Source: a virus (lineage: Duplodnaviria; Caudoviricetes). From it: a DNA stretch of 27,348 nt. The notes under the pieces are model-generated. The model had not been told where the DNA came from, ran no database searches, and worked only from the letters and a program-made list of their open reading frames with translations. The position numbers and the translations under genes were made by a program. Shown here piece after piece: positions 26,542 to 27,348 of the stretch (positions are counted from its first letter, which is position 1; the number at the start of each line of letters is the position of its first letter). Location of the stretch: the IMG/VR virus record IMGVR_UViG_3300029823_000012, positions 1 to 27,348 of that record; one strand, given 5' to 3'.

Positions 26542-26760
26542 ATGGAAAAGTTTAAGTCTAATTATAAGGTTTATGATAAAGATGGTAAAGAAGTAACTAA
26601 TTGTTTTGTACTTAGACCAGATATTGATGAAGTAGCATTGACTGCACTTAAAACATATGCAGGAGAAACGAATAATGATGAACTTGCTTATTCTTTAAAT
26701 AGTTGGCTTGATGATCTTGAATGGAATTTTGCACAAGAATATATTGGAGAAGATATTTAA
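26542..26760 (+). CDS. Hypothetical phage protein
   Basis: 72 aa, FVLRPD.D..A..AL..YA block, AAGGA RBS. Confidence 0.75.
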   Translation: MEKFKSNYKVYDKDGKEVTNCFVLRPDIDEVALTALKTYAGETNNDELAYSLNSWLDDLEWNFAQEYIGEDI

Positions 26761-26764
26761 TAAG

Positions 26765-26782
26765 ATAGAACCCGAATTTGAT
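26765..26782 (+). repeat. Junction site S10
   Basis: TAAG-ATAGAA-CCCGAA-TTTGAT-T. Confidence 0.65.
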
Positions 26783-26814
26783 TTAAATTTGATTCTATGG
26801 AAGAAGGAAATATT

Positions 26815-27117
26815 ATGACAGAAAAGAAACCATGTCCTCATTGTGGAAGTACAAACATTATATCATGGCATTGGTTATCTCCATATCACACAGATAAAAA
26901 ATCAGCATATAGTGGAAATTATATAAATCCATATGATCACAATAAAATGTATGCAGATATTGCATGTCATGATTGTCATTTTGGAAGCTCAAATGGAGAA
27001 TTTTCAGAAATAGCAATTAAAGAAAATAAAAATCAAACATGGAAAGAAGCAAGAGAAATTGCTGGATTAAAAGCAGAAGAAAAAGCTATTGAAGCATGGA
27101 ACAAAAGAATTCACTAA
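26815..27117 (+). CDS. Lar-family restriction alleviation protein
   Basis: KPCPHCGS...CHDC...AIEAWNKR; GAAGGA RBS supports ATG 26815. Confidence 0.8.
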   Translation: MTEKKPCPHCGSTNIISWHWLSPYHTDKKSAYSGNYINPYDHNKMYADIACHDCHFGSSNGEFSEIAIKENKNQTWKEAREIAGLKAEEKAIEAWNKRIH

Positions 27118-27118
27118 G

Positions 27119-27136
27119 ATAAAAGATGAGTTTTAT
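27119..27136 (+). repeat. Junction site S11 (perfect arms)
   Basis: TAAG-ATAAAA-GATGAG-TTTTAT-T. Confidence 0.75.
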
Positions 27137-27160
27137 TTTATAAAAAGGAGTGATATAATC

Positions 27161-27244
27161 ATAGATTATATAAATAAGATTTTTTGTATGGATAATCTTG
27201 AACTGATGGAACAATTACCTAAAGGTAAAATAGATTTAATTTAT
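27161..27244 (+). pseudogene. 5' fragment of a beta-class DNA methyltransferase, interrupted
   Basis: AAGGAG + ATA; (M)DYINKIFCMDNLELMEQLPKGKIDLIY matches a beta-MTase N-terminus and breaks just before motif IV. Confidence 0.7.
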
Positions 27245-27348
27245 GATGTAATGCGAGAACACCCGTGACTTTAGTCATGGGATGAATCGCTTACATATGT
27301 TGTTGAATATTTCAAATAAATGCTGATAAATAATTGACTTTTACAAGT
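27245..27348. mobile_element. End of an IS200/IS605-family element (partial)
   Basis: Subterminal hairpin CCCGTGAC-TTTA-GTCATGGG (27262-27281) within an outer ATGTAATGCGA/TCGCTTACAT stem, located where MTase similarity ends. Confidence 0.65.

Larger units (their letters stand above)
1..27348 (+). mobile_element. Segment of a large SPbeta-like temperate phage/prophage of a low-GC Firmicute (control, methylation and replication region)
   Basis: Dense co-oriented small ORFs, phage-type DnaE/helicase/primase/ligase cluster in an order resembling SPbeta yorF-yorL, orphan MTases, Lar, tRNA, sigmaA promoters and AAGGAG RBSs; no host housekeeping context. Confidence 0.88.

Overview
This is an AT-rich segment of a large temperate Firmicutes (probably clostridial) phage or prophage with SPbeta-like organisation. 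All credible genes are on the + strand. From left to right it carries: small early/accessory genes (ParB-like protein, pyrimidine-dimer glycosylase, XRE regulator); a putative lysogeny-control block (LexA-box-controlled ORF, orphan MazF/PemK, a degenerate tyrosine-recombinase-fold protein resembling the SPbeta MrpR/YopR repressor, a DUF262/ParB-fold protein); tRNA-Gln(TTG); three tandem orphan DNA methyltransferases; a replication operon (SSB-like protein, AAA ATPase, DnaB-like helicase, primase-like protein, PD-(D/E)XK nuclease, DnaE, ERCC4 nuclease); a fourth methyltransferase, ATP-dependent ligase, metallophosphoesterase and Lar; and a fifth methyltransferase 5' end cut by an IS200/IS605-like end. 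Main observations: (1) eleven co-oriented (TAAG)ATRAAA-N6-TTTYAT sites sit at gene junctions and bracket single accessory, mostly anti-restriction, genes like integron or pdif cassettes; (2) about ten genes appear to start at ATA/ATT codons; (3) an AAAATATTAAAA motif recurs at promoters; (4) the putative lysis-lysogeny module encodes its own MazF. All family calls come from reading motifs by eye, not from database searches.
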